A stretch of DNA of 64,000 bases. Origin: a virus (lineage: Duplodnaviria > Caudoviricetes). The stretch is from positions 1-64,000 of IMG/VR virus record IMGVR_UViG_3300029305_002203; one strand, given 5' to 3'. This document shows positions 9,587-19,519 of the stretch, one piece after another. The notes under the pieces are model-generated. The model saw nothing but the letters and a program-made list of their open reading frames with translations, ran no database searches and was not told the origin of the DNA. The position numbers and the translations under genes were made by a program. Position 1 is the first letter of the stretch. Each line of letters opens with the position of its first letter.

Positions 9587-9731
9587 GGCGATAGCAAGCA
9601 GAGAAGGAAGTCTATAAAAATCCTTAAATGCGAGATTGCTTTTTGATAGTCCAGTGGGACAGTGGTGATAGGCTTATGGTGAGCACAAGGAGTGAGATCC
9701 TTGAGGGCAGATTCGATTTCTGCTATCGCCA
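9587..9731 (+). ncRNA. ~145-nt tRNA-like structured RNA
   Basis: Acceptor stem GGCGATA/TATCGCC+A, T-arm GCAGA-TTCGATT-TCTGC, enlarged interior with several hairpins. Confidence 0.6.
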
Positions 9732-9788
9732 TTATATTATCCTAGTGCACGGGATAATAAAAAGATAACAAGGAGAAGAAAAAAATAA

Positions 9789-10742
9789 ATGTTTTGGATT
9801 ATTTTAAGTATTATTGGTATTATAGCACTATTCATTTTATTAGGATTTAATGTTACTTTTGAAAAAAACAATTGGGGAGAACTAAAACCGCTTTTTAATT
9901 GGAAAATTAATAAAAAACAGGTTTTAGCAGTATTTGCTGCTTTGCTTATTATTCCGGCTTTTATTGCAAAAGTCCCGGCAAACTCGGTAGGTATCAAATA
10001 TTCACCTTTTTCGGGAACTAGTGAAACAACTTTATCAGAAGGTTTTCATACAAAGAGTCCCTTTGACAAGGTGTATAATATTAGCACAGAAGTTCAGACA
10101 ATGACTGTTGCTAATTTAACTACTCAGACGCAGGATGCTCAGTATGTTAATACAACTTTAGATATTAAATATCGTGTAAGTTCGACAAACGCATATCTGA
10201 TTTTTACACAGTTTAGAACATTAGATAAAATGTCAGAAACATTAATTGTTCCTACAACACAAAGAGTTTTAGAATTAATTACAACAAATTATAATGTAAT
10301 GGATGTTCTTGGAGAAAAGAGAAGTAATATTTATGGAGAATTAGAAGCAAATCTTACAGAAGAACTTTCAAAATACGGCGTGGAATTCTATTCAATTTCA
10401 ATTACGGATATGGATGCAGGAGAAGCTATTGAATCTGCAATTACGGCAGAAGCAGTTGCAAAGAAAGAAGTTGAGACAGCAGAACAGGAACTTCTTAAAG
10501 CTCAGACAGAAGCACAGAAGATGTCTGTTGAAGCACAGGCAGAACAAGATGCTGCTAAAATTGAAGCAGAAACTAAAGTCATCCAGGCTCAAGCTGAAAA
10601 AGAAGCTAATGAATTATTGCAGAAATCTTTAACAGATCAGATTCTTATTCAGCAGTGGATTGACAAATGGGACGGTCAGACCCCTACATATTATGGTGGA
10701 AATGGTGCTGATTTAATTTTTAATGCAGGCACAGTTGAATAA
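9789..10742 (+). CDS. SPFH/prohibitin (Band 7) membrane protein
   Basis: N-terminal TM helices, LSEGFH..SPF, alanine/glutamate coiled coil, WIDKWDGQTP. Confidence 0.85.
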   Translation: MFWIILSIIGIIALFILLGFNVTFEKNNWGELKPLFNWKINKKQVLAVFAALLIIPAFIAKVPANSVGIKYSPFSGTSETTLSEGFHTKSPFDKVYNISTEVQTMTVANLTTQTQDAQYVNTTLDIKYRVSSTNAYLIFTQFRTLDKMSETLIVPTTQRVLELITTNYNVMDVLGEKRSNIYGELEANLTEELSKYGVEFYSISITDMDAGEAIESAITAEAVAKKEVETAEQELLKAQTEAQKMSVEAQAEQDAAKIEAETKVIQAQAEKEANELLQKSLTDQILIQQWIDKWDGQTPTYYGGNGADLIFNAGTVE

Positions 10743-10767
10743 AAAATACTTGTTTGGAGAGATTAGA

Positions 10768-10926
10768 TTGTATTACGAAGAATTAAAAAAGCAATTATTG
10801 TCCAACGTGGATGAAATAATTAAGGCTATAGAGTCTGATAAAACAATCGAGATAAAAAAAGAAAGAGATACTTTACAGATTTTTGAAGTAAAGAAGAAGA
10901 AATATTTAAAAACAAAAATTAAATAA
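10768..10926 (+). CDS. small basic hypothetical protein
   Basis: TTG at 10768 after GGAGAG; IIKAIESDKTIEIKKE. Confidence 0.55.
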   Translation: MYYEELKKQLLSNVDEIIKAIESDKTIEIKKERDTLQIFEVKKKKYLKTKIK

Positions 10927-10960
10927 TGTACCTTATAACAGGTTGGTTATAAGAAGCGTG

Positions 10961-11030
10961 AGGTGGCACGACATTTGATTATGTGATTTATACATTAGAT
11001 TACATGTTGAGATGTTGTGCCACCTTTTTT
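10961..11030 (+). terminator. long hairpin + U tract (terminator/attenuator)
   Basis: AGGTGGCACGACAT...ATGTTGTGCCACCT-TTTTT. Confidence 0.7.
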
Positions 11031-11059
11031 AGTTTTGATTAAGAAATGGAGGTGTAAAA

Positions 11060-12244
11060 ATGAGCGAAAGAGCATTAGCTCATATTGAGAAAGTAGCATG
11101 GATTAAACCAATTGAAGGAGCAGATAATATTGAACTCATTGGTATCTTGGGATGGGTATGTATCGCCAAGAAAGGTGAGTTTAAAGAAAATGATATGTGT
11201 ATCTACTTTGAAATTGATTCTAAGTTGCCTGAAAAAGAATGGTCTGAATTTATGAGATCAAAACATTTCAAGGTTAAAACAATGAAATTGGGAAAATTTA
11301 ATGTAATTAGCCAGGGATTAGCTTTGCCTTTAAGTGCATTTAATTCAGAAGGATGTATATTCCCAGCAACAAACGATGGTGTTCCAATTGAAGGAACTGA
11401 TGTTACTGAACTTCTTGGAGTTACATATTCAGTAGAAGAAGACAATCAACGTAAATCTAAGAATGGTGATCCGAATGCTAAATACAAATCAATGGCAGCA
11501 AGACATCAAAAGTTATTTAAGACTAAACCTTTTAGATGGTTAATGAAGAGAACTTGGGGAAGAAAATTATTATTTATTTTATTTGGAAAGAAGAAGGATA
11601 AACCAAAAGCATTTCCGGATTGGATTGTAAAAACTGATGAAACAAGAATAGAAAATGCGCCCTGGTACTTAGAAAGCAAAGAACCTTGGGTTAAAACAGA
11701 AAAGATAGATGGCACTTCAAGTACATATGCAATTGATTTTAACAAGAATAAAAAAGGTGAATTTATTGTTTGTTCTCGTAATGTAAGACAAGTAGATGTA
11801 GCCCAAACATGTTATCACGATTGTGGCAATGTGTATTGGGAAATGGTTGGTAAGTACAATATCGAGTCAGCAATTAGAAAAATTGCAGAAAAACATAATG
11901 CGACCAGAGTTGTATTACAGGGTGAAACCTATGGAGAATCTCTACAAGGCAATCCCTATAAATTAAAAGAAAGAAGATTTGCAGCATTTAATTTAATTAT
12001 TGATGGCAATAGATTCGGGTCTGTAAAAGCACAAGAGATATTAAAAGAATATGACATTCCTTTTGTCACTATCATTGACACAGAATATTATCTTCCGAAA
12101 GATATGGAAACTTTTAAATTAGAAGCAGATGGTAAATCAACTATTGCAGATGTTCCAAGAGAAGGATTTGTATATAGAAGTTTAGATGGTAGTAAAAGTT
12201 TTAAAAATATAAGTAGAGAATTTTTACTCAAACACAACTCCTAA
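11060..12244 (+). CDS. RNA ligase (DRB0094/Rnl5-like)
   Basis: N-terminal IEGADNIE OB-like domain, motif I TEKIDGTS, LQGE, REGFV, SFKNIS. Confidence 0.85.
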   Translation: MSERALAHIEKVAWIKPIEGADNIELIGILGWVCIAKKGEFKENDMCIYFEIDSKLPEKEWSEFMRSKHFKVKTMKLGKFNVISQGLALPLSAFNSEGCIFPATNDGVPIEGTDVTELLGVTYSVEEDNQRKSKNGDPNAKYKSMAARHQKLFKTKPFRWLMKRTWGRKLLFILFGKKKDKPKAFPDWIVKTDETRIENAPWYLESKEPWVKTEKIDGTSSTYAIDFNKNKKGEFIVCSRNVRQVDVAQTCYHDCGNVYWEMVGKYNIESAIRKIAEKHNATRVVLQGETYGESLQGNPYKLKERRFAAFNLIIDGNRFGSVKAQEILKEYDIPFVTIIDTEYYLPKDMETFKLEADGKSTIADVPREGFVYRSLDGSKSFKNISREFLLKHNS

Positions 12245-12311
12245 AACTAATCATAATAATACATGGGTAATACTGTATAACATAGTTTAAAAGAAAGGAG
12301 GTTGCGGATGA

Positions 12312-12515
12312 GTGGAAGATTTAAAACATAACAAGAAATGCACAAAATGTAAAGAAGATTTTGTTTACTTTCAAAAAGATACTTGGTGGGACTATACCGG
12401 AATAAACAATGTAAAACTTGTAAAATGTCCATTTTGCGAAAGCATACAATCTTTGAAATATGGAAAATTATCAAATCCAAATTATGATGAAAAATATTAT
12501 CAATATAAGAAATAA
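12312..12515 (+). CDS. Zn-ribbon small protein
   Basis: CTKC...CPFC; SD AAGGAGG. Confidence 0.65.
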   Translation: MEDLKHNKKCTKCKEDFVYFQKDTWWDYTGINNVKLVKCPFCESIQSLKYGKLSNPNYDEKYYQYKK

Positions 12516-12559
12516 TTAAACTAATTAAAATAATGAAGAAGAAAAGGAGAAAAGTTTAA

Positions 12560-13786
12560 ATGGCAAAGAAAGAAAAAAAAACTTTAGCAAAACAGAATTG
12601 GCAGCAATCATTCAATCTTGTAGGAGAAGTAAGTCTTAATGACTATACTTTTAAACTGGATGAAAAGAGTGAAAAAAGCGATTGGGTTTACAATGCTCTG
12701 AATTTGACTATTGATTGTGGGGAGCATTATGGAAAGTGTAATTGTGAATTAATGGGTGGTTACGGAAGTGAAAGAACAAATAATGTAGTTTATGTTCATG
12801 GCAAGGATGAAAACGGAAGAGATGATTTCAATAATTCTTATCAGATTGATTGGGATGACCGTTTTGAAGAATCTATTTTAGAAGATATCGGTGACTTATG
12901 TTTTCTTACTATTGGACTAGAAAAGGACTCGAAAGACAAGACTTTTTATAAAAAGTTCCTTACACCTTATGATTTTATTGCTTATGCAAATGAACATCTA
13001 GCTGATGGTATGGTAGTAAACATTAGAGGCCAGATCAAGTACACAATTTACAATGGCAATATCCAGTGCAGAAAAGAAATTAATAGCATTGCTTTATCTT
13101 CTGCAACACCGGATAAGTACAGAGCTACATTTACTCAGACAATTTTATTAGATAAGGATTCTGCTACTAAGGATTCTATCGACAAGGAAAAGGGTGTTTT
13201 AAATGTCGATGCTTATGTTCTTGAAAAATTTAAGGAATATAATGGTTGGGACTTAACTGATGGTGGAAAGGTTAAGGGCGGTATTTTCATTCCTTTACAT
13301 AAGAACTTTGAATATGTAATTGATACTGAAAATCCTGAACTTACTTCTAAGATTATTAGCAAGATTTTCAAGGTTAAGAAGGGTGTTACCCAGGTTACTT
13401 TTGAGGGTGAGTTTATTGAAACAGGTGCTGCAGTTACTGCTACAGAAGAAGATCTCACAGATGATATCAAGGAACTTATCGACTTAGGATTATACACTCT
13501 TGAAGAAGCACTTGCTAAGTGTGCAACCGGTGGTGCTAAAGAAAGAAGAATGGTTCTTTTGAAGCCTGCAATTCGTATGGTTGGTGAGGATGAAGAAAAA
13601 GTTCCTCAGATTCAGAGATTTGAAGAACAGTTCGATGAAGAAGATTTATTGCTTGACTGTTTGGTAGCAAAAAATGAAGAAGATGATGACGATGAAGAAG
13701 TTCCTTTTGAAGAAGAGACAACAGAATCAGAAAGCACTTCGGATGAAGATGATGAACTTGCAGCATTGTTAGATGCCCTTGATTAA
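12560..13786 (+). CDS. putative single-stranded DNA-binding protein
   Basis: First gene of replication cluster, beta-rich, strongly acidic C-terminal tail. Confidence 0.55.
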   Translation: MAKKEKKTLAKQNWQQSFNLVGEVSLNDYTFKLDEKSEKSDWVYNALNLTIDCGEHYGKCNCELMGGYGSERTNNVVYVHGKDENGRDDFNNSYQIDWDDRFEESILEDIGDLCFLTIGLEKDSKDKTFYKKFLTPYDFIAYANEHLADGMVVNIRGQIKYTIYNGNIQCRKEINSIALSSATPDKYRATFTQTILLDKDSATKDSIDKEKGVLNVDAYVLEKFKEYNGWDLTDGGKVKGGIFIPLHKNFEYVIDTENPELTSKIISKIFKVKKGVTQVTFEGEFIETGAAVTATEEDLTDDIKELIDLGLYTLEEALAKCATGGAKERRMVLLKPAIRMVGEDEEKVPQIQRFEEQFDEEDLLLDCLVAKNEEDDDDEEVPFEEETTESESTSDEDDELAALLDALD

Positions 13787-13885
13787 TTTTTGAAACATCA
13801 AGAAACTAGTTAAAATAATAAATGATATTTAAACAAGCCACTGCTCTTAATTGGGCAGTGGTAGTTAAAGATAAGGAGATAAGAA

Positions 13886-15025
13886 ATGGCTAAATTTGGT
13901 AAAAAGAATCATGTGTCTATTAATCCACTTGATTATTCTACATGCTTATTAGGTGAAGCTAAGTGCGGAAAGACAACTTTGATTAAAGAAGTATGTGAAA
14001 AACTTACTGGCTCTCAGGACGGATACCTGTTCTTAGAATTTGGTGATGAACGTGGTGCTGCAGCAATTGAGAATATCAACTATGAAAATGTTGAAGCATG
14101 GTGGTCTGATGAAGATGAAGATATTGTTGGATTTGCAGATATTGTAGAAGATATTTGTGAAAATAAGAGTACTGATTATCCTGATTTGAAAGTTGTAATC
14201 TGGGATACCTATGACCAGATTATTCCTATCGCAGAAGCAGAAGTAATCCGTCTTTACAATAAGACAGTTCCTGCTGACAAGAAGGCTGAGACTATTAATT
14301 CTGCATTCGGTGGATTTGGACGTGGCGAGAAAAAAGCTATGGAACTTATGTGGGATATGAAGAATCGTTTAAAGAAGGTTGGAGTTGAAACTATCATTAT
14401 TGGACATGTCAAAACAAAAGACATTACAGATACAATCTCAGGTGAACAGTATCAGATTTTAACATCTGACCAGCAACAGAATTATTTTAATGCATTAAAG
14501 AAACAGTTGCATTTCTTAGCTTTGGCATATGTAGATAGAGAAATTGTTAAAGAAAAGACTGGAAAGAAAGACATTAAAGGCAAGGATATTATGAAGAGTG
14601 CCATTACGGAAGAAACTAGAAAAATCAAATTCCGTGATGAGGGATATGCGGTAGATGCAGGTTCTCGTTTCGCAGATATTGTTCCTGAGATTCCTATGGA
14701 TGCTGATGCATTTATTACTGCAATTACCGATGCAATCAAGGCAGAACAGTCTAAATCCGGTAAGTCTTTCGAAGAGACTAAAGCCGAACAAGAAAAAGCA
14801 GAAGCAAAGCGTTTAAAAGAAATCGCAGCTGCGGAAGAGAAGAACAAAGCAAAGAAAGAGATCGATACAGTAATCACTAAGATTATGGATTACGTTAAGG
14901 AAAACAAATCAGATATGTCTAAAGTGAAACCGGTACTCGCAAAGTGCAAGGAATTTGGTGCTGCTAAACCTACTGATTTAGAGAAGTTAGAAGATGCTTT
15001 AGCAGTATTAGAAGTTATTGGATAG
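13886..15025 (+). CDS. AAA_24 / Sak4-like ATPase (SPbeta YorG-like)
   Basis: GEAKCGKTT Walker A, VIWDTYD Walker B, IIGH. Confidence 0.75.
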   Translation: MAKFGKKNHVSINPLDYSTCLLGEAKCGKTTLIKEVCEKLTGSQDGYLFLEFGDERGAAAIENINYENVEAWWSDEDEDIVGFADIVEDICENKSTDYPDLKVVIWDTYDQIIPIAEAEVIRLYNKTVPADKKAETINSAFGGFGRGEKKAMELMWDMKNRLKKVGVETIIIGHVKTKDITDTISGEQYQILTSDQQQNYFNALKKQLHFLALAYVDREIVKEKTGKKDIKGKDIMKSAITEETRKIKFRDEGYAVDAGSRFADIVPEIPMDADAFITAITDAIKAEQSKSGKSFEETKAEQEKAEAKRLKEIAAAEEKNKAKKEIDTVITKIMDYVKENKSDMSKVKPVLAKCKEFGAAKPTDLEKLEDALAVLEVIG

Positions 15026-15089
15026 GGTTAATCCCTTTGAGGTTACGAGGGTCAAACCTCGTAGCCTTGTTTAGTAAAAGGTGGTAGTT

Positions 15090-15569
15090 ATGGCAAAGAA
15101 GAAAGAAACACTTTTACCTAGAGATAAAGAACAGTGGAATGAACTTTGTGCATGGGTAGAACTTAATATATTTGAATATGAGTCAACTCAGAAATTACAA
15201 CGTCAAGCTTGTTTGACTTTAGAAGGACTTCGTAAAGGGCAGAATACAGCAAATAACAAGCAAGATACATATGGAGAGTACCCATTAAATGTTATTTTAC
15301 TCACTTTTAAGGCCAATAAAAACGTTCTTTTATCAGCTCTCAAAGGCAAGAATTTTGAGTCCGAAGATAAGAAGATGAGATACTGTTGTGCAGTTATCAG
15401 AGATAAGATAAATGACGTTTACACCCGGTACTTAAATGCTCAGAAGGTGCAGAAGAAAACAGACAATGTTGATACAAGTATCATGGAATCTAATAGCGTT
15501 GAATATAAAAGCGTTGTTAAGACAGAAGAAGAAAAGAAGACAGAAAGTAAGTATGAAGGATTGTGGTAA
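15090..15569 (+). CDS. hypothetical replication-cluster protein (possible helicase loader)
   Basis: Located immediately before the helicase. Confidence 0.6.
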   Translation: MAKKKETLLPRDKEQWNELCAWVELNIFEYESTQKLQRQACLTLEGLRKGQNTANNKQDTYGEYPLNVILLTFKANKNVLLSALKGKNFESEDKKMRYCCAVIRDKINDVYTRYLNAQKVQKKTDNVDTSIMESNSVEYKSVVKTEEEKKTESKYEGLW

Positions 15570-17117
15570 ATGACAGATATTAAAAACAAGACTAAAAATA
15601 CTGCAAATGTTGCAAAAAATAATCAGAATAAAAAACAGAAAATCGAACTTACTCCTTTTGAAAAGGAACAGTTAGATACATTAAAGAAGATAAATGAATT
15701 TAAGTTGGCGGCAGAAGCTTCAGCAGTTGCTAGTTTATATAAAAAACCAGATTTAATTACACAAATAACTTTAAAACTAGAAGACCTGACCAATAACGAA
15801 TGGCGTGTCTTTTATGCAATTGCTTATGGTGTAATCGTAACAGAAAACAAAAATTCTCTTTCTGATGTCGATGTGAATTTTTATTTAGAGAAACATCCTA
15901 AACTGAGAGAAAAATTTGAATCTTATGGTGGCTATGACACAATTCAATCTGCGATGTCTTACGTGTCTGAATCATCAATTAGTGGATACGTGGATGAAAT
16001 CAAGAAGTGGAATACTGTTATTGAATTAGTAAAATTTGGTTTCCCTGTTAAAGATAAATTAAAAGAATATGTAGATCAGAGTTTGGATTCTATTTACCGA
16101 GAACTGGAAGGATATTTAAATCATGTATTTGCAAATGCAGACTCCAAGATAAAAACATATAACGCATTAAGTGATTTACATGAATTAGTTGATGATATGA
16201 ATAAGGGTGAAGAAGTAGGACTGCCTTTTACATCAGACTTGCTTACTAAAGAAATAGGTGGTTTAAGAAAAGGTCATATCTATAGCTTTATTGGGTCATC
16301 TGGTGCCGGTAAGAGTACTGTTGTAATGAACACAATTTTACCTCAAATCATTGCTAAAAACCAGAGGTGCTGCATCTACATCAATGAAGAAGATGTTACT
16401 AAGGTAAGACGAGAACTTTTAATATTTTGTTGTAGATATATTTTAAATACTCCGATCAAAAAGGTTCAGTTAAGAGATGGTAAGTTTGACGAAAAGACTT
16501 TGGAAACATTACATAAAGCAGCTGATTGGTTAGAAGCACAAGATAAGAATCATAACATTACAGTTATCCCTCTTGAAAGATATACTGTAAAAACTGTTAC
16601 AGCTTTAATTAAGAAATATAAGAATCTCTTTGATGTGGATTACCATATTGTAGATACCCTGAAAGAATCTAGTGATTCTACAGAAGAAACATGGAAAAGT
16701 ATGTTAAAAGATTCTACCACGCTATATGACTGTATAAAACCAGCCGGATTAAATGTTTGCCTTGTTGTTACTATGCAGATGGCAAAGTCTTCAATGAAAA
16801 ATAGACATTTAACTTTGTCGGATATAGGGCAGAGTCGATCAGTTGCAGATGTAATGTCAGTCTGTTGTCTTCTTAGAAAAGCAGAACAAGAGGAATATAA
16901 AGGCGGCAAGAAAGAATTAAAGTGTTTTAGATTAGAAGGAACAAATAAAAAGAGTAAGATACCATTTTACTTAGAAGAGGATAAATATTATTTAATTTTA
17001 TTCTTAGGAAAGAATAGATTTGGAGTCAGTGATTCTTATAGTTTGGTATGGGAAGTAGATTATTCTACAAATCTATTTAAGGATTTAGGTTATACGATTG
17101 TGCCGGAGGATTGGTAA
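15570..17117 (+). CDS. dnaB: replicative DnaB-like helicase
   Basis: GSSGAGKS Walker A, IVDTLK, MQ motif, KNRFG arginine finger. Confidence 0.85.
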   Translation: MTDIKNKTKNTANVAKNNQNKKQKIELTPFEKEQLDTLKKINEFKLAAEASAVASLYKKPDLITQITLKLEDLTNNEWRVFYAIAYGVIVTENKNSLSDVDVNFYLEKHPKLREKFESYGGYDTIQSAMSYVSESSISGYVDEIKKWNTVIELVKFGFPVKDKLKEYVDQSLDSIYRELEGYLNHVFANADSKIKTYNALSDLHELVDDMNKGEEVGLPFTSDLLTKEIGGLRKGHIYSFIGSSGAGKSTVVMNTILPQIIAKNQRCCIYINEEDVTKVRRELLIFCCRYILNTPIKKVQLRDGKFDEKTLETLHKAADWLEAQDKNHNITVIPLERYTVKTVTALIKKYKNLFDVDYHIVDTLKESSDSTEETWKSMLKDSTTLYDCIKPAGLNVCLVVTMQMAKSSMKNRHLTLSDIGQSRSVADVMSVCCLLRKAEQEEYKGGKKELKCFRLEGTNKKSKIPFYLEEDKYYLILFLGKNRFGVSDSYSLVWEVDYSTNLFKDLGYTIVPEDW

Positions 17118-17118
17118 A

Positions 17119-18357
17119 ATGAGAAGAATTTATTTGGAGGATTTACCAACCAATAAAAATGGAACAGTATCATGGAAACAAAGTGTTGGATGCAATGTAA
17201 GATTTGAATATGATGACATGTTTGGTAGCATTAAAATTCTTGAATATAATACAAAAAATTTTTATTTAAAAATTCAATATAAAGATAGGATCAGAGATAT
17301 TTTTGTTGGTAATTTTAAAAAATGTGCAATAAAAGAAGTGTTAGGAATAATACATTCAGAGTACAAATTTAATGTAGGTGAAGTTATTTTTGAAATATTT
17401 AAAATTGAAGAACAAATAAGAGTTCCACATGCAAAAAAGCATGACAAAAATTCAAAATCAAAAACAGGTATGAATAAAGCATATGTTATTAGGTGTTTAG
17501 AATGTAATTCATTGTTTCCAATTGGCGAAGACACTTTAATTAATAAAGATGGTGGTGAGTGTCCTATATGTGGAAAATACCACAAAAAAGTTGTTGTGGG
17601 TATTAACGATATGTGGACAACAAATCCACAACAAGCCTCAATGTTATTAAATCAAGATGATGGATATAAATATATGCAATCTTCTAACGCATATGTAAAC
17701 TGGAAATGTCCATTTTGTCATTCAATAATTGAAAATAAATCTATTAATAACGTGAATAAAAATGGATTAAGTTGTCCTATTTGTAGCGATAATATATCAA
17801 TGCCTGAAAAAATAATGAGGGAAATACTGACTTATTTAAATATTGATTTTAAAATGCATACTACATTTTTTTGGTCTGATAGGAAGGAATATGATTTTTA
17901 TTTATCGGATTATAAAATGATTATTGAAACACATGGGGAACAACATTATATTGAAAGTAAATTGTCTACTAGAACATTAGAAGAAGAGCAGGCTAACGAT
18001 TTATATAAAAAACAAATGGCATTACAAAATGATATTAAACATTATATTGTAATAGATTGTAGATATAGCGACTTTGATTATATATACAATAATATTTTAA
18101 ATAGTAGTTTGCATAAAATATTTAATTTTAACGAATTATCAAAAGAAGATATTATTTTGCAATCTAACAGTAATGATTTTTTATTGGTATGCCAAGAATG
18201 GAACAGAGGAAATAACGATATAGAATCTATTTCTAATTTAATACATATGAGTGAATATACAACAATGAGTTATTTGAAAAAGGGTACAAAGTTAGGAATA
18301 TGTAATTATGATGGCAAAACAAAGAAATATTTAAATCATAGAAACAAAACTAGTTAA
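17119..18357 (+). CDS. free-standing putative homing endonuclease (Zn-finger + DUF559/PD-(D/E)XK-like)
   Basis: CLEC, CPIC, WKCPFCH, CPIC, YDFYL...IIETHGEQHY; inserted between helicase and primase. Confidence 0.75.
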   Translation: MRRIYLEDLPTNKNGTVSWKQSVGCNVRFEYDDMFGSIKILEYNTKNFYLKIQYKDRIRDIFVGNFKKCAIKEVLGIIHSEYKFNVGEVIFEIFKIEEQIRVPHAKKHDKNSKSKTGMNKAYVIRCLECNSLFPIGEDTLINKDGGECPICGKYHKKVVVGINDMWTTNPQQASMLLNQDDGYKYMQSSNAYVNWKCPFCHSIIENKSINNVNKNGLSCPICSDNISMPEKIMREILTYLNIDFKMHTTFFWSDRKEYDFYLSDYKMIIETHGEQHYIESKLSTRTLEEEQANDLYKKQMALQNDIKHYIVIDCRYSDFDYIYNNILNSSLHKIFNFNELSKEDIILQSNSNDFLLVCQEWNRGNNDIESISNLIHMSEYTTMSYLKKGTKLGICNYDGKTKKYLNHRNKTS

Positions 18358-18404
18358 AATAAAATGTGCAAAAATAACCATAAAATAAAAGGAGCGAATT
18401 ATGG

Positions 18405-19484
18405 ATGACCTCTCAACAACTTAAAGAATATATTTGTACTGAAAATTGCATAGAGAAGATTCTTGAAGACATTGGGTGTCACTCCATAAAGTTTCACTCA
18501 GATAAAGACTATTTTACGGCTTGTCAAAAGGATGGTGATAATCCGTTAGGTGTGATAGTAAAGAATAATTTATATCTTAATTACTACTCATATTCAAGAA
18601 ATATTCACATAGAAGACGGTAAAGACCTATTCGCTTTAGTCCAAGAAACAAAGAAAATAACATTTGCAGAAACAATGAAGTACCTACATAACCTTCTTGG
18701 ACTAAAGTATACTTTTAAAAAAGAAGAACCGAAAGATGATAAACCTAAGTATGACCCGTTAGCAATATTCAAGAAGGCAGCAAGCAAGAAGAAATGTAGG
18801 AATGTATTGGATTGTACGTTTGAATCTTTAGATGAGAGTGTGCTGACAGACTTAGTTCCTATGATACACATTGATTTATTACGAGAGGGCATAATGCCTT
18901 GGACAGTTAAGAAGTTTGGATTAGCCTATTCATATCGTTGGAAACGTACCATTTTCCCACATAGATATATTAATGGAGAATTAATGGGTTGGAATGGAAG
19001 AAGTAGTGTTCAAGACTGTGAACTTCTAGGAATTACGAAGTATTATATAACTCCAGGTATGAAAAAGATTTGTCCTTACGGATTATATGAAAATTATGCT
19101 GATATTGAGAAAGCAGGATATTGTGTTATCTATGAGAGTGAGAAATCAGTTTTGAAACGTGACTCTAAAACTGATAGTACAGGACTTGCAATATCCGGTA
19201 AAAGTATTAGTGACGAAGAAGTACGTTTGATACTAGGACTTGATATCAAAGAAATTGTGTTAGCATTAGATAAAGACGTAGATATAAATGAAATCAGACA
19301 TTTGGCAGAGAAGTTCTTTAGGCTAAGGAAAGTAAGTTACATTTACGACAAATGGGGGCTTTTAGATAAAAAAGATAGTCCGGCAGATAAATGTAATAAG
19401 ATATATGATTTCTTGTTTAAGCATAGGGTTGTTTATGATGAACAAGAACATCAATTGTATTTAAAGAGTTTAGAAAAGAAATAG
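18405..19484 (+). CDS. dnaG: DNA primase (TOPRIM)
   Basis: VIYESEKS, LALDKD, KDSPAD motifs; follows helicase. Confidence 0.8.
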   Translation: MTSQQLKEYICTENCIEKILEDIGCHSIKFHSDKDYFTACQKDGDNPLGVIVKNNLYLNYYSYSRNIHIEDGKDLFALVQETKKITFAETMKYLHNLLGLKYTFKKEEPKDDKPKYDPLAIFKKAASKKKCRNVLDCTFESLDESVLTDLVPMIHIDLLREGIMPWTVKKFGLAYSYRWKRTIFPHRYINGELMGWNGRSSVQDCELLGITKYYITPGMKKICPYGLYENYADIEKAGYCVIYESEKSVLKRDSKTDSTGLAISGKSISDEEVRLILGLDIKEIVLALDKDVDINEIRHLAEKFFRLRKVSYIYDKWGLLDKKDSPADKCNKIYDFLFKHRVVYDEQEHQLYLKSLEKK

Positions 19485-19519
19485 AAAACTAATCAAAATA
19501 ATAATGAAAGGAATATGCA

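Noticed and set aside
9297-9731. tmRNA
   Set aside because: The acceptor-stem pair spans only 145 nt, lacks G3:U70, and no tag-peptide ORF was recognisable
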